Of a DNA stretch of 64,000 bases, positions 1 to 11,165 are shown piece after piece. The stretch spans positions 26,042,001-26,106,000 of the forward strand of contig CM052818.1 of assembly GCA_028534125.1 (NCBI GenBank), written 5' to 3'. A model generated the notes under the pieces. That model did no database searches and had not been told where the DNA came from. It saw only the letters and a list, made by a program, of their open reading frames with translations. This DNA is from Lama glama. Its lineage: Eukaryota. The position numbers and the translations under genes were made by a program. Position 1 is the stretch's first letter. Each line of letters begins with the position of its first letter.

Positions 1-29
1 ACGCTGTCTGAAGGACACGCACTATCACT

Positions 30-133
30 GCCTGACAGTTGGTTACATATGCATTTGTCTATTTTCTGTCTCCCCAACTAGAATGTGACTCACTGCTGGC
101 ACATAGTAGGTACTCAGCAAATATTCATTGAAT
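30..133 (+). mobile_element. L2 LINE 3' end fragment
   Basis: tctccccaactagaatgtga...ctggcacatagtaggtactcagcaaatattcattgaatg resembles the L2 3' terminus. Confidence 0.75.
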
Positions 134-1269
134 GCAGCTGTCTTGTTGATAACTGAGCAGAACTCCCCTTCTCATGGATGCCTTTTTTCTTTAGATACGT
201 TAATCTCATCAATCACGGTCCAGTCAAATCTTGCTGTCCCAGGGACACATTTGCTCTTTAAAGTGGTTTCTCATATTTCTTCTCTGATTCATCAGCATTG
301 AGTTGGAAGCTTTAGTCTCATCAGGCAATCTTATTTCTCGTCATTCCAAGTTCATAGGAGGGAAGTCATCCCACCGTGACCCCTGCATGCTCCTAGCAGA
401 AACATGCAATATCCTTCTGAACATGCAATTTCACCCCAAAATTGCTGAGGCAAGTTGTGTGGAGGATGGAGGAGAAGCTTGCCATCAACAGGAGAGTGAT
501 GAGGCAGCTTCCTTGGCCAACATGGGATTGCACAAACTCCTTCTGTGTTTATTGCTTCACTTTTACCCCACTGACACAAGGTCATTCATTTGTCAGGTCT
601 GCTGGGGAATTCACCAGTGGAATCTTGCCCTTCCACTGCACTTCCCGTTGTTTAGGATGTTTTAGGAAAGAACTGACTCCTTAGATGAAGAATCTCGGGA
701 TACAGTGCGTATCCTACCAGCTCTAAGCCTGTCTTGCCCTCCAAAACAAGGCATAAGTGCTCCCTGACCTGTGTTAACCCCTGCAAGCCTGCCCTGCACA
801 GCAATGCACGCTGGCTCCCTGGAACACTGACCCGGACTTTAGGTCTGAAGACAGATGCCCTTGTCTTACCCTGCTGGAAGGCAGAGAGTGGACTGCCCCT
901 TAAATTTTTACTAAGAATCCTCACACTTCTACTAAAGCTGCCTCCGTTCTTCCCAACAATAGAAGGCTGGAGAATTATTCTATATGACCATTTGGTAAAA
1001 TTTTGTCCTACATTTCTCTATTTCATTCCTGAATGGGGGCAGATAGTTTGGGACGGGATGCCTGACAAAACTCAAAAGGCATCTCTATTCTCAGTTGAGA
1101 CAGCAGAGAAATGAAAAACAAAACAAAACGCTGGGATGATTTCCTTCCCCATCCTCCTTCACCTGTTTACCTTGCCACTGCTCGCTCGTGGTGTCTCAAT
1201 TTCTTCCTAACTCCATCTCCCTTTAGCAACCAAGCCATGTTTCTAAGTGCCCAATAAGCATTTTCAGTG

Positions 1270-1545
1270 GAATTTACTAATGGCATTCCAAACTCAACAT
1301 AGCTAAAAGCAAATTAATAATCTTTTATCCCATAGCAGGTTTTTCTTCTGGTTTCTTTACTTAGGTTAATGACAGTCCCACTTTCCCATTTACCCAGGCT
1401 TCCAGTCAAGGACTTCCATGAGCAGTTGTTTACTGAGTCTTGCCAATCCTGCTTCTCAAGAGTTTGAGCCCTTTTTTCCGTTACTATCACCATCTTCTTC
1501 ATTCGGATCCTCATCACCTCCTACCCGTTCCAGCCTCCTTAAAAA
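1270..1545 (+). mobile_element. L2 fragment (continues at about 2480-2644 and 3178-3470)
   Basis: caaactcaacatagctaaaagcaaatta...cccatttacccaggct...cctcatcacct follows L2 consensus order and resumes after the MIR/L1 and LTR insertions. Confidence 0.55.
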
Positions 1546-1582
1546 ACAGTCACATAGAGCGATTAAAAGTAGGTAAGAATAC

Positions 1583-2285
1583 AACAGCAATCAGGCAAGA
1601 GAAAGAAATAAAAGGGATCCAAATTGTAAAAGAAGAGGTAAAAGTGTCATTATATGCTGATGACATGTTACTATATATAGAAAACCCTAAAAGGTCCACA
1701 AAAAAGCTACTAGAGCTGATCGAAGAATTCAGCAAGGTAGCAGGTTACAAAATTAATGTTCAAAAATCAGTTGCCTTTCTNNNNNNNNNNNNNNNNNNNN
1801 NNNNNNNNNNNNNNNNNNNNNNNNNNNNNNNNNNNNNNNNNNNNNNNNNNNNNNNNNNNNNNNNNNNNNNNNNNNNNNNNNNNNNNNNNNNNNNNNNNNN
1901 NNNNNNNNNNNNNNNNNNNNNNNNNNNNNNNNNNNNNNNNNNNNNNNNNNNNNNNNNNNNNNNNNNNNNNNNNNNNNNNNNNNNNNNNNNNNNNNNNNNN
2001 NNNNNNNNNNNNNNNNNNNNNNNNNNNNNNNNNNNNNNNNNNNNNNNNNNNNNNNNNNNNNNNNNNNNNNNNNNNNNNNNNNNNNNNNNNNNNNNNNNNN
2101 NNNNNNNNNNNNNNNNNNNNNNNNNNNNNNNNNNNNNNNNNNNNNNNNNNNNNNNNNNNNNNNNNNNNNNNNNNNNNNNNNNNNNNNNNNNNNNNNNNNN
2201 NNNNNNNNNNNNNNNNNNNNNNNNNNNNNNNNNNNNNNNNNNNNNNNNNNNNNNNNNNNNNNNNNNNNNNNNNNNNNNNNAAAAA
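1583..2285 (+). mobile_element. Young 5'-truncated L1 (ORF2 RT fragment, N gap, poly-A) with 18-bp TSD
   Basis: Translates as [64 protein letters not shown] (L1 RT core); TSD aaaagtaggtaagaatac at 1565-1582 and 2286-2303; TT|AAAA endonuclease site. Confidence 0.95.
1781..2280. other. Assembly gap (500 N)
   Basis: Run of N. Confidence 1.
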
Positions 2286-2303
2286 AAAAGTAGGTAAGAA
2301 TAC

Positions 2304-2478
2304 TGCCTCTACTCCTTATTAACTGCATGGCTCAGGCAAGTTGCTTAGACACTTCTAAGCCTCATTTTCTGCATCTACAAAGTGGGATAATAATACCTCT
2401 TGCTATGAGCACTCAATCAGAGTATACGTATATTAAGTGGCACCAGCAAAGTACTCAGTAACAGTAGTAATTATTACC
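2304..2478 (+). mobile_element. MIR SINE
   Basis: ggcaagttgcttagacacttctaagcctcattttctgcatctacaaagtggggataataatacct matches the MIR core. Confidence 0.85.
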
Positions 2479-2648
2479 ATCTGTCCTCTCATTACTCCAA
2501 TTCATTTTACTCACCACTGCTAGATTTACCCTCAACAAAGCAGCTCCAATCATATTTTAAAAACTCTCAATGGCCACTCTCAGTATCTACCTAACACCTA
2601 ACATTCCCATCCTGGCATTCCAGATTTTCCATAAAGTACTTGCCCCAT

Positions 2649-3173
2649 TATAACAGAGAGGAGCAAACTGGATTCCATATTGAATCTATTCCTTTAGCTC
2701 TCACCTTTGTGCACTGTTGCCTGTGCTGAGTCATGCTGGCGCTGCACCTTTTGTGAAAGAATGTTGCCTACAGCCTGAAATATACAGGATGGCCCGTTCT
2801 CAAGGCTCTGACCTTTAAAGGTATAATGCGTTTCCATTCATACAGAGATAAAAAGTTGCAGAACAGAAAATAACAATTGTCTTGTTGGAGGTTTATAGGA
2901 ACATTGGGACCAGACCTATGTGGACAGCTGTAAGTACAAAGAAGTTTGTTCCTGAAAGAAGAAGTTTGAAACAGCCAGCCACACCCCTTCCCCACTTAGT
3001 ATAAAAGAAGCCTGAATTCTAACTCGGGTAAGATGGACCTTAGGGACACTAGCCCACCATCTTCTCAGTCTACTGGTTTTCTTAATAAAGTCACTGTTCC
3101 TTGCCCCAACAACTCATCTTTTGATTTATTGGCCTGTTGTACAGTGAGCAGTATGAGCTTGGACTTGGCAACA
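2649..3173 (+). mobile_element. ERV1-class solo LTR (MER39/LTR39-like)
   Basis: Begins ta-taac (decayed TG), ends ggcaaCA; 4-bp TSD ccat at 2645-2648 and 3174-3177; TATAAAA at 3000-3006; AATAAA at 3084-3089. Confidence 0.88.
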
Positions 3174-4589
3174 CCATCTTCTGACCTCTACTCCCTTCTA
3201 TTTGCCTTGTGTTCCAGTCAATGAACCTCCTCCCCCATCCCGCACCACCTCTATATTATAGCCTGTGTGCATTTGCTTGTGCTGTATCTGCTGTTTGATT
3301 CCTTCCCTATCCTTTAAGGTCTAACCCCAAATAGCTTCTTTCTTATGTTTCAGTGTCTTTTTCTCTCCTTTTAAAGTCTCGGCATATAATCACACCTTTC
3401 TACAGGATGGCCCACTTTCTTCCTGGTCCTGTAGTTGTCTGTGTGTTCATCTTAACCTCTCCAGCTGGAGGAACCTCCATTTCCCCATCCGCAAATCTCT
3501 ATAGGTCAGGGTGAAAACTGGAACGTTCAAGCATTCGTTTTCCCCTTCTGCCAACAAGATGCAAAAGAACCAGTTTGAACAAATTCTCCACTACATCAGT
3601 TGGCTAGATCAATGTTTGATGGACAAAGTCTTGCTCAAATAAGAGTCAAAGCTGGAAAAATAATTGTGATTATGAGAAAGGGAAAACGTCTGATTGTTCT
3701 AGCTTATGCCATGTTCTGCTCACCCCTATCCCTTTCCCTGTTATTCCCTTGCTTTTCAGCTCTCTGCTTTAGTGATTAGGAATGCAAGATTCCATGCAGG
3801 ATGGGGTAAGTCAATTCCAATTTCCTGAAAGTTTTTCAAATGAAATTTGTGCTTTTAGCAACAACTGGCTGTAAATGTCAGTTTTCTTTAAACTCTATTA
3901 GAACTCTCAGAAAGTTTTTTGTTTTTCCCATGGCGGTTGCTTTTAGAATCCATATTAATTTCTTAAAATCCCTTAAATTTAAAATAAAATCCTTAAAATT
4001 ATAAGTAGCAATATTTTCTTCCAGACACTGGCCACAGACTGGAGGGTGTGGGAGGAAAACTATGAATCCTGCCAGAAAGCAACGCTTTAAAAACATGAGG
4101 TTAAATTCCATTTTGAAAAGCTTTAACACGACTTCTCTTCCCCCAGAGTCATACCTCACTTCATATTACTTTTTACTTCAGTGTTTTTTTTTTTAAAAAC
4201 CTATTTGTTTAAAAAAATTTAAATAAAGATATCAAGAGGATATTGGTCAGTTTTAAGAGAGATACAAATTTAGGAAATATCTTATGAATAAGTCTAGGCC
4301 ATTCAGGCTTAAAAGAATTATAAAAGCTTAAAATGTTTGTGTGTACAATCCTGCTTTTGTAATTTTAATATTTTGTATTGAAATACACCACACACTTCAC
4401 TGTGTGACCCATGATTCCATGAACGGCCCTCAAATATGTCAAGCTTGCTTGAGGGACTTATCTGTCTATAAAATACTTCTTTTATTATTGTTTTTAAAAA
4501 TACATTTCTCTGATTTATTTTTGCCTTTGCTTATGATGTTCTCAGTATATTTGGAATTGCTTTCCTCTTTCTCTTTTCTAAAAATTTTT

Positions 4590-4980
4590 TCTTAGGAAAA
4601 ATGTCAAGCACACATAAAAGTAGCAATAATAGAATAATGAACTTCAAATATCAATCACTCAAATTCTAGAATTATTAGTATTTTCCCACTTTTGCTTCAT
4701 CCATATTTTTTATTTTCTTCTCTTTCTTTTGGCTGAAGTATGTTAAAGCAAATCCCAAGATCATGTCATCTTACCCTTATGTATTTAAGTGTACATTGCT
4801 AAAATATGGGTGTTTTTCTTATATAACCACCATACCATGATTACATTTATCAAAACCAATAAATACTTTATTGGTAATGTCTCATACGCAGTCCAGAATA
4901 AAATTTCCCTTATTGTTTTAGAAGTGTTGCATTATAGCTGGTTTACTCAAACCAGGATCTAAGCAAAATTCATGTGTTTT
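4590..4980 (-). mobile_element. Old L1 (L1MC-like) 3' fragment
   Basis: aaagcaaatcccaagatcatgtcatc...aaccaccatacc...aaccaggatctaagcaa is typical of the L1MC4/5 3' end in reverse. Confidence 0.65.
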
Positions 4981-6174
4981 ATTGAGCTGTTCAGGGCTGG
5001 AGAAGAGTTTTAGGGTTTGGTATAGGAGAGCATCTGAAGCAGATGAAGGGCGGGAAAGAACTGTGAGCTGGAGGAAAGGCTTTTGAATAATGGTATTAAA
5101 GAGGCACAAGAAAAGACTGAAACTGCTTAGCTGCTAGATAGTACTTCTTCAAATGTAACTCCCTGTGTGAACTAAAATTTGAGGGAATCCAGGATTCGTT
5201 CTGTTCTTGGACATGACTTCCAGAAGAAATATTCTAACTCTTTCATCCCTTCTTACTTCAGTAAATATCATAGAATACCCTTCCTAGACAGGAAAAGAAA
5301 ATTAAGAGACTTCCAGAGTAGGCATTGCAATCGCTTTTGCTGGAGTCCATTACAAAATTTGCTGTTCCTATTTTCAGAGACGTATTATATGTAACCTCAA
5401 TCTCTTTACCTACAACTTCAATCTCAGTAAAATAGATACTGTATTTTATGGTTCTGAACTTGTTCTGTGCTAATGTGAATGGCTCCTGGATCTGCTAATC
5501 ATATCAGGAGATATATAAGCACCTCTAGTGTTAATAATTTAGCCTATAAAAATCAATTCTAATGCAACCTGGAAGTATCGTGCAACATACCCGTTCATTA
5601 ACATTTCACCATCTGTGGAAAAATGGGTCTAATTCAAAGGGAGGGTTCACTTCAAATATATTTTCTTTGGCTCTGGAGACAAAAGTAATTGGCAATAAAC
5701 AGTGGTAGGGGCAACTTCTGTCAATGCACAGTGGAGCCAGGGAAGAACTCTCAACTCCCTCCTACAGCTCTTCCCAGCAGACTTCAAACACATTTTTTTT
5801 TTCATTCAGTAGGGAGCCCTCCAGGCTTCTAATCACCAACCCAGCAGGATCCCAAGTTGCTGGGAATTTCATAAAGCAAAAATTCCCCAGGGAGTTTCAA
5901 CAGAGGTGCTCAGGAAGCCAAAACCCCATTAGCTCTTTGGCCCAACTCGAAAGCCCAGCTGCAGGATAGTCTCCCACACTCCAGGCTCCCAGTCACTCTA
6001 GTTCAGCAGCCGTATTGTTCCCCTCAGTGTCAACTGCTGTCCATTGCAGGGTGAGTCTTGAAAGTGAGAGTGGTCTAGATGGGGGCAGGGTTGGGGAGAA
6101 AAGCCCATCACACCCATTGTCATCATGCCATACATGTCTATAGTACTCTATGGTTGCAGATTATGTTCATGAAC

Positions 6175-6335
6175 ATGGTACTCTTGATCCTCATAGTGAC
6201 CCTGTAAGGTAGAGAATGTAAGAATCTTTAACTTGGTTTTATGCATAACGAGACAGAGCTCACTGAGGTTAAGGGCCTTGTCCAATAGCCTACACTTGGC
6301 AGAGTTGGAACAAAAGCGTTGGTCTGTGGCCTCCA
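6175..6335 (-). mobile_element. MIR SINE
   Basis: gatcctcatagtgaccctgtaaggtag...gagacagagctcactgaggttaagggccttgtcc. Confidence 0.75.
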
Positions 6336-7827
6336 CTGCAGTGCCTTGTCCTCTTTCCCATGAGGCCTCTGTATAGGCTTGGCCCAGTCTTTGACTGAGT
6401 TTCCTAACTGGTGGACCTAGCTTACTTGGGTGAAAGGGAGGTCTTCCTCAGTCTTTGGGAACAAGGTGGATCTGGGGTGACACAGGTCAGCAACCTCTGC
6501 CTCAGATGACCTAGTCCTTTTACCTTCATGCCATACAATTGTGGTCATTTCCTCTGTGTGCAATGACATGAAAAACGCTGGAAACTATTATCTTAAAGGA
6601 AAATTTAAATGTTCCTTCTTTCTGCTAAACTTAATATCTAGCCAATTTGTCTCCCTGGCCTTGAAGAGTCGAGTCCATCAATTATATGTAGAAAATAAAA
6701 TTTAATGTATTATTTATCAGTGAATTTTTTAAATCAAAAATATTTTCCCCAGTGAACCTCTTGGAACATGCATTGTGGGTTGAAGTGCTATTTGAATGCT
6801 TCTTTTTGAAAACTTTATGGTCAGTTGTCATGGAACAACTTCTTGTTCCTTTTCTCTCTCTCCTTCAGTGGGATAATTAGTCTCCAGCTCCCTTACCCTT
6901 TGGTACGTTTAGGCCAGGTTCCCTGACCTACCCTTTACTTCATGGTATTTAGTTCTGAAACAAAACGAGTCAGTCCCATTGCGTGGAGTAATTTCTTTGT
7001 TTATACTTCAAATTGGATTAGCTCATGTCATTACTTTCACTTGGGCTATTATGAAAACTTTTCTTTTCTCTGTGGGTTTTGTTTTTGTTAGGTTTTTCAA
7101 TTCTGCTAACTCTTGATTTGGGTCCAAAAGCCAATTAACGGAAACATGGCCTCAGGCAAAATTAAGATGTTTATTTTTGATACCTATCAATTCCTCCTAA
7201 CTTCTCCTATTCCAATCTCTTCCCTTAATTATTCTAGCGTATCTCAGGAGCCTCTGCCCAAAACCTTATACATTCTCTATCTTCTCACAGTTAACTCTCA
7301 TATTGAGACGGTCAGTTCACACTGAGATATAAGAATATTACCTCGTAACAGTGCTCAGTTTACTATTTACAAAGCCATTTCTCACAGGATTCTGGGTGTA
7401 TGGGTGATTACTAGTGGAGAAGTATTTTTATGTTGATCTGTCCCAGAACAGCATCTGGGCTCTCCTTTTTCATGAGGAACCATCGAATGATCCACGGGAA
7501 GAATGTTGTATTGGTTGTGAACCCATTCATTCAAGTGATAAAAATTCAACTCAAACCGGGAACCCGTAAGAGATCTGGAAGCTTAGTTTCTACATGTTCA
7601 TAATAAATAGCACAAAGACACCCCATTTGAAACCTAGTAAAAGAACCATGAGATTGGTTGGCAAAGACCTCTCCCACCTCAGAGAGAACTGGACCAAGGC
7701 TATCAAAAGGGATAAGGTCAACAAATGTGACGAGGGAAAGTGTGATGGAAGCACAGAAAAATGGCAAGACCATGCTCCCGTGCCACAGCAAGGCCAGCCA
7801 GTGGAGCAACAGCAGCAGCCAATGCAC

Positions 7828-8030
7828 GAGGCATAGCAGTTAACGGGAAGTAGTTCTGGATCCAGACACACCTTGCCTCATATCCTCACACTTCCTAACT
7901 GTGTACACGTTGGGCACATTTTCTCCTCTGTTAAGTGGAGGTGACGATATTATGTTTCCCTCTTTGGATTATCGAAGACTGATATGTCAGAGATAAAGGG
8001 CTTAGCACAATACTCAATGAATAGTAGCTG
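7828..8030 (+). mobile_element. MIR SINE (degenerate)
   Basis: tctggatccagac...cacttcctaactgtgt...taaagggcttagcacaatactcaatgaatagtagct. Confidence 0.65.
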
Positions 8031-8464
8031 GTGGGAACTAAATGTTAATATTTTTGAAGTCACCATTTTAAGTTCTAAGAGGTCATTTCAGGTGAATAAT
8101 GTTTGGAATTCTGGGAAGGATTACTGGAGTGGTCCCTTTGGGGTTTGCAGTTTTAAGGCAAGTATCTACCTCCTTTTGCTTTGGGTTTAGATGCTATTGT
8201 TATATGCCAGCAGGCTGTACTGTTTCCTCTCTGCCCCCGTATCTATTTGCTGACATAAATTAAAGAAGGAGAAGAGACCCTTTGGAGGAAGAAAGACTTG
8301 CAGTTCAGATTTATTAAACTATCTGAAGATCAGAACTGGACTTGAGTGAGGCCACATGGCAGGGAAGGACTGGTGATCAAGAGAGAAGGAGGGTGTGGAC
8401 TAACGACTCCTAATGAACACCAGGGTCCACCAGCCCAGTGCAAATGATGTGTTTTAGAGAAAAT

Positions 8465-8502
8465 GTGTGAGTGTGTGTGAGTGTATGTGAGTGTGTGTGT
8501 GT
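8465..8502. repeat. Imperfect (TG)n microsatellite
   Basis: tgtgtgagtgtgtgtgagtgtatgtgagtgtgtgtgtgt. Confidence 0.85.
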
Positions 8503-9384
8503 ACTGAAAGAACCTAACACTAAGAGCTACAGCACTCCAGTCTCCCAGGTTGACTCTGAGCACCTGGGACTTTGGCTGGCACAGAAAGAACAACCTTCCC
8601 TTCCATCTCATGGAAGCAGTAATAAGATCAGGCTGAAGCTGCTGGGAATGGGGACACAGACAGCCTCTGCTTCGACATGACTGTAAAACCTGTCAGAGAT
8701 AAAGCAGCTCTGTCTGGAATTTCATCTTGTTCTTCTGCTATTAGCAGCTGAGGCCAGATTGAACATTTCCTTTAAAAGAGGGGGCAAATTTGGCCTTCTA
8801 ACCCACCCAAAGGCAAATTTGGGAGTCATTACCCAGTGACATTGAATAGATATAGGACAGAAGTCTTCTATGAGTCTCTAACTGCAGTGTTGACATATGA
8901 ACAATCCTTATCAGTTATGAAACAGGCTTGAGGACCAATGACAGTAATTAACATTCCTGGTGCTGTGCTGGCAGCATTACTGTAAGAAATTTCAAGCGCT
9001 GATATGTCTTCTAATTAGAAGAGAATGGCTTCCAGCTTTCCATTGCTTCTCTAATCCCATATGCCACATAAATGAGATACTGGAAAAGAATAAAAGTTGA
9101 AATCCCTATCCTGGAATAATATTTAGAAACCTCAGGGAAGATCAAGATAAAAAAAAATAAGGTTGATACTGATCTAAGAATCTTCCTCTTGGAAATATAT
9201 AACAATAGGTCTGGAGGTTTCTCCATTGCCCTTTAACTACTCCCAGAGCGCCAGATAAGCAATGGCCAGGAATTAAGTGGCAAAGAGAACCAGGTTGGAT
9301 CTTGCCCCTTAGTTCCTATCCAGTCTCACTCTAACCCTCAACCTCACAAGCTCTTTTGAACTAGGAGGTTGAAGGAGAAATAAA

Positions 9385-9925
9385 GAAGCTGTGGTATATT
9401 TATATAATGAAATACTACTCAGCCATAGAAAATAATAAAATAATGCCATTTGCAGCAATATGGATAGACTTGGAGATCGTCATTCTAAGTGAAGTAAGCC
9501 AGAAAGAGTAAGAAAAATGCCATGTGATACCACTCATATGTGGAATCTTAAAAAAGAAAAAAGAAGACACTAATGAACTCATCTACAAAACAGAAACAGA
9601 CTTGAAGACATAGTAAACAATCTTATGGTTACTGGGGCAAATGGGGCAGGAAAGGATAAATTTGGGAGTTTGAGATTCACAATTAACTACTATATATAAA
9701 AATAGATTAAAAACAAATTTCTTCTGTATAACACAGGGAACTACATTCAATATCTCGTAATAACCTTTAATGAAAAAGAATATGAAAACAAATATATGTA
9801 TATGAAAACAAATATATATGTGTGTGTGTGTATGTATATGTGTGTATGTATATATATATATATGACTGGGACATTATGCTGTACACCAGAAATTGACACA
9901 TAACTGAGCATACTTCAATTAAAAA
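9385..9925 (+). mobile_element. L1 3' end (ORF2 C-terminus + 3'UTR)
   Basis: atgccatttgcagcaatatggatagacttggagatcgtcattctaagtgaagtaagccag; candidate TSD gagaaataaa at 9375-9384 and 9926-9935; internal TA/TG repeat at 9781-9863. Confidence 0.92.
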
Positions 9926-9975
9926 GAGAAATAAATTATGGGAGAAGGCAGGTAAATATTCTGAATCACTAGTTG

Positions 9976-10105
9976 TTTTTTTTTTTACTTTTTTTTGTGG
10001 GAGGCAGGTAATTAGAGTTTATTTTTTGAGGAGGTACTGGGGATTGAACCCAGGACCTCATGCATGTTAAACATGCACTCTACCACTTGAGCTATACCCT
10101 CCCCA
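9976..10105 (-). mobile_element. tRNA-Ala-derived camelid-type SINE (long form)
   Basis: Reverse complement of ggggagggtatagctcaagtggtagagtgcatgtttaacatgcatgaggtcctgggttcaatccccagtacctcc plus a ctaattacct tail and poly-A; flanked by ctgaat(c/g)act(a/g)gtt. Confidence 0.92.
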
Positions 10106-10119
10106 CTGAATGACTGGTT

Positions 10120-10668
10120 GCCCCTTGGCAACCACAAGTTTGTATTCTATGTCTATGAGTCTATTTCTGTTTTGTATTTATGCTTTGTTTCTGTTGTTTT
10201 TGTTTTTTGTTTATTATGAGTGATCTCATATGGTATTTTTCTTTCTCTTTCTGGCTTACTTCACTTAGAATGACATTCTCCAGATGCATCCATGTTGCTG
10301 CAAATGGTGTTATGTTGTCAGTTTTTATGGATGAGTAGTATTCCATTGTATAAATATACCATATTTTCTTTATCCAGTCATCTGTTGATGGACATTTAGG
10401 CTGGTTCCATGTCTTGGCTATTGTAAATAGTGCTGCTATGAAAATTGGGGTGCAGGTGTCATCCTGAAGTAGGGTTCCTTCTGGATATATGCCCAGGAGC
10501 AGGATTCCTGGGTCATACGGTAAGTCTATTCCTAGTCTTTTGAGGAATCTCCATACTGTTTTCCACAGTGGCTGCACAAAACTGCATTCCCACCAGCAGT
10601 GTAGGAGGGTTCCCCTTTCTCCATAGCCTCTCCAGCATTTGTCATTTGTGGATTTTTGAATGATGGCC
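10120..10668 (-). mobile_element. Young L1 fragment (ORF2 C-terminus, 3'UTR truncated, no poly-A)
   Basis: ORF 10161-10577 reads [22 protein letters not shown]...CTPIFIAALFTIAKTWNQPKCPSTDDWIKKIWYIYTMEYYS; flanked by two identical copies of ctgaatgactggtt. Confidence 0.95.
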
Positions 10669-10675
10669 CTGAATG

Positions 10676-10842
10676 ACTGGTTCTTAAAATTGGTTGCACA
10701 TTGGAGACATCCGGAGAGCCTTAAAAATAGTGATGCCTGAGTCCTATCCCCAGATTCTGATTCCAGTGGTAGAAGTATGGCCTGGGCATCAGGACTTTAT
10801 AAAGCTCCCTTGGGAGAATACAGCCAAGGTTGAAAGCCACTA
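10676..10842. mobile_element. MER5A-like hAT-Charlie MITE
   Basis: ggttcttaaaattggttgcacattggag...cccagattctgatt...ggcctgggcatcagg...cagccaaggttgaaagccact. Confidence 0.8.
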
Positions 10843-10916
10843 TCTTTAAATAACTCAGAAGAGAGAAAGGGAAAATAAATCTGTGGTCATCTTTCACCCA
10901 GCAAGACTCCTTAATG

Positions 10917-11088
10917 GTAGTGTTTCTTAACCTGGGCTGAAAATCAGAATCATTTAGGCAGCTTTTAAAACATCCAGTGCCAGAACTGCACTGCAATCCA
11001 AGTAACCCAGGGTCTCTGAGAGTGGGATGTGAGCAGTGGCATTTTAAAATATTGATCCTCCTCTGAGCCAGGATCAAGAGCTACTGCT
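10917..11088. mobile_element. MER5-like hAT-Charlie MITE
   Basis: tagtgtttcttaacctgggctg...cagaatcatttaggcagcttttaaaa...gccaggatcaagagctactg. Confidence 0.7.
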
Positions 11089-11091
11089 AAG

Positions 11092-11165
11092 GCATGGATC
11101 CCAAACTTTTAGCATACTTGGGGAATCACCTGGTGAGACTATAAAAAATACATATTCTTAGGGCA
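11092..11165. mobile_element. Partial MER5-like MITE
   Basis: ggatcccaaacttttagcatac...gaatcacctggtgagactataaaaaataca. Confidence 0.5.

Noticed and set aside
1440..2328. Long ORFs of 188-285 aa
   Set aside because: They run through the N gap; the only real coding similarity is the L1 RT fragment
10161..10577. 138-aa ORF as a host gene
   Set aside because: It is the L1 ORF2 C-terminus, not a cellular CDS
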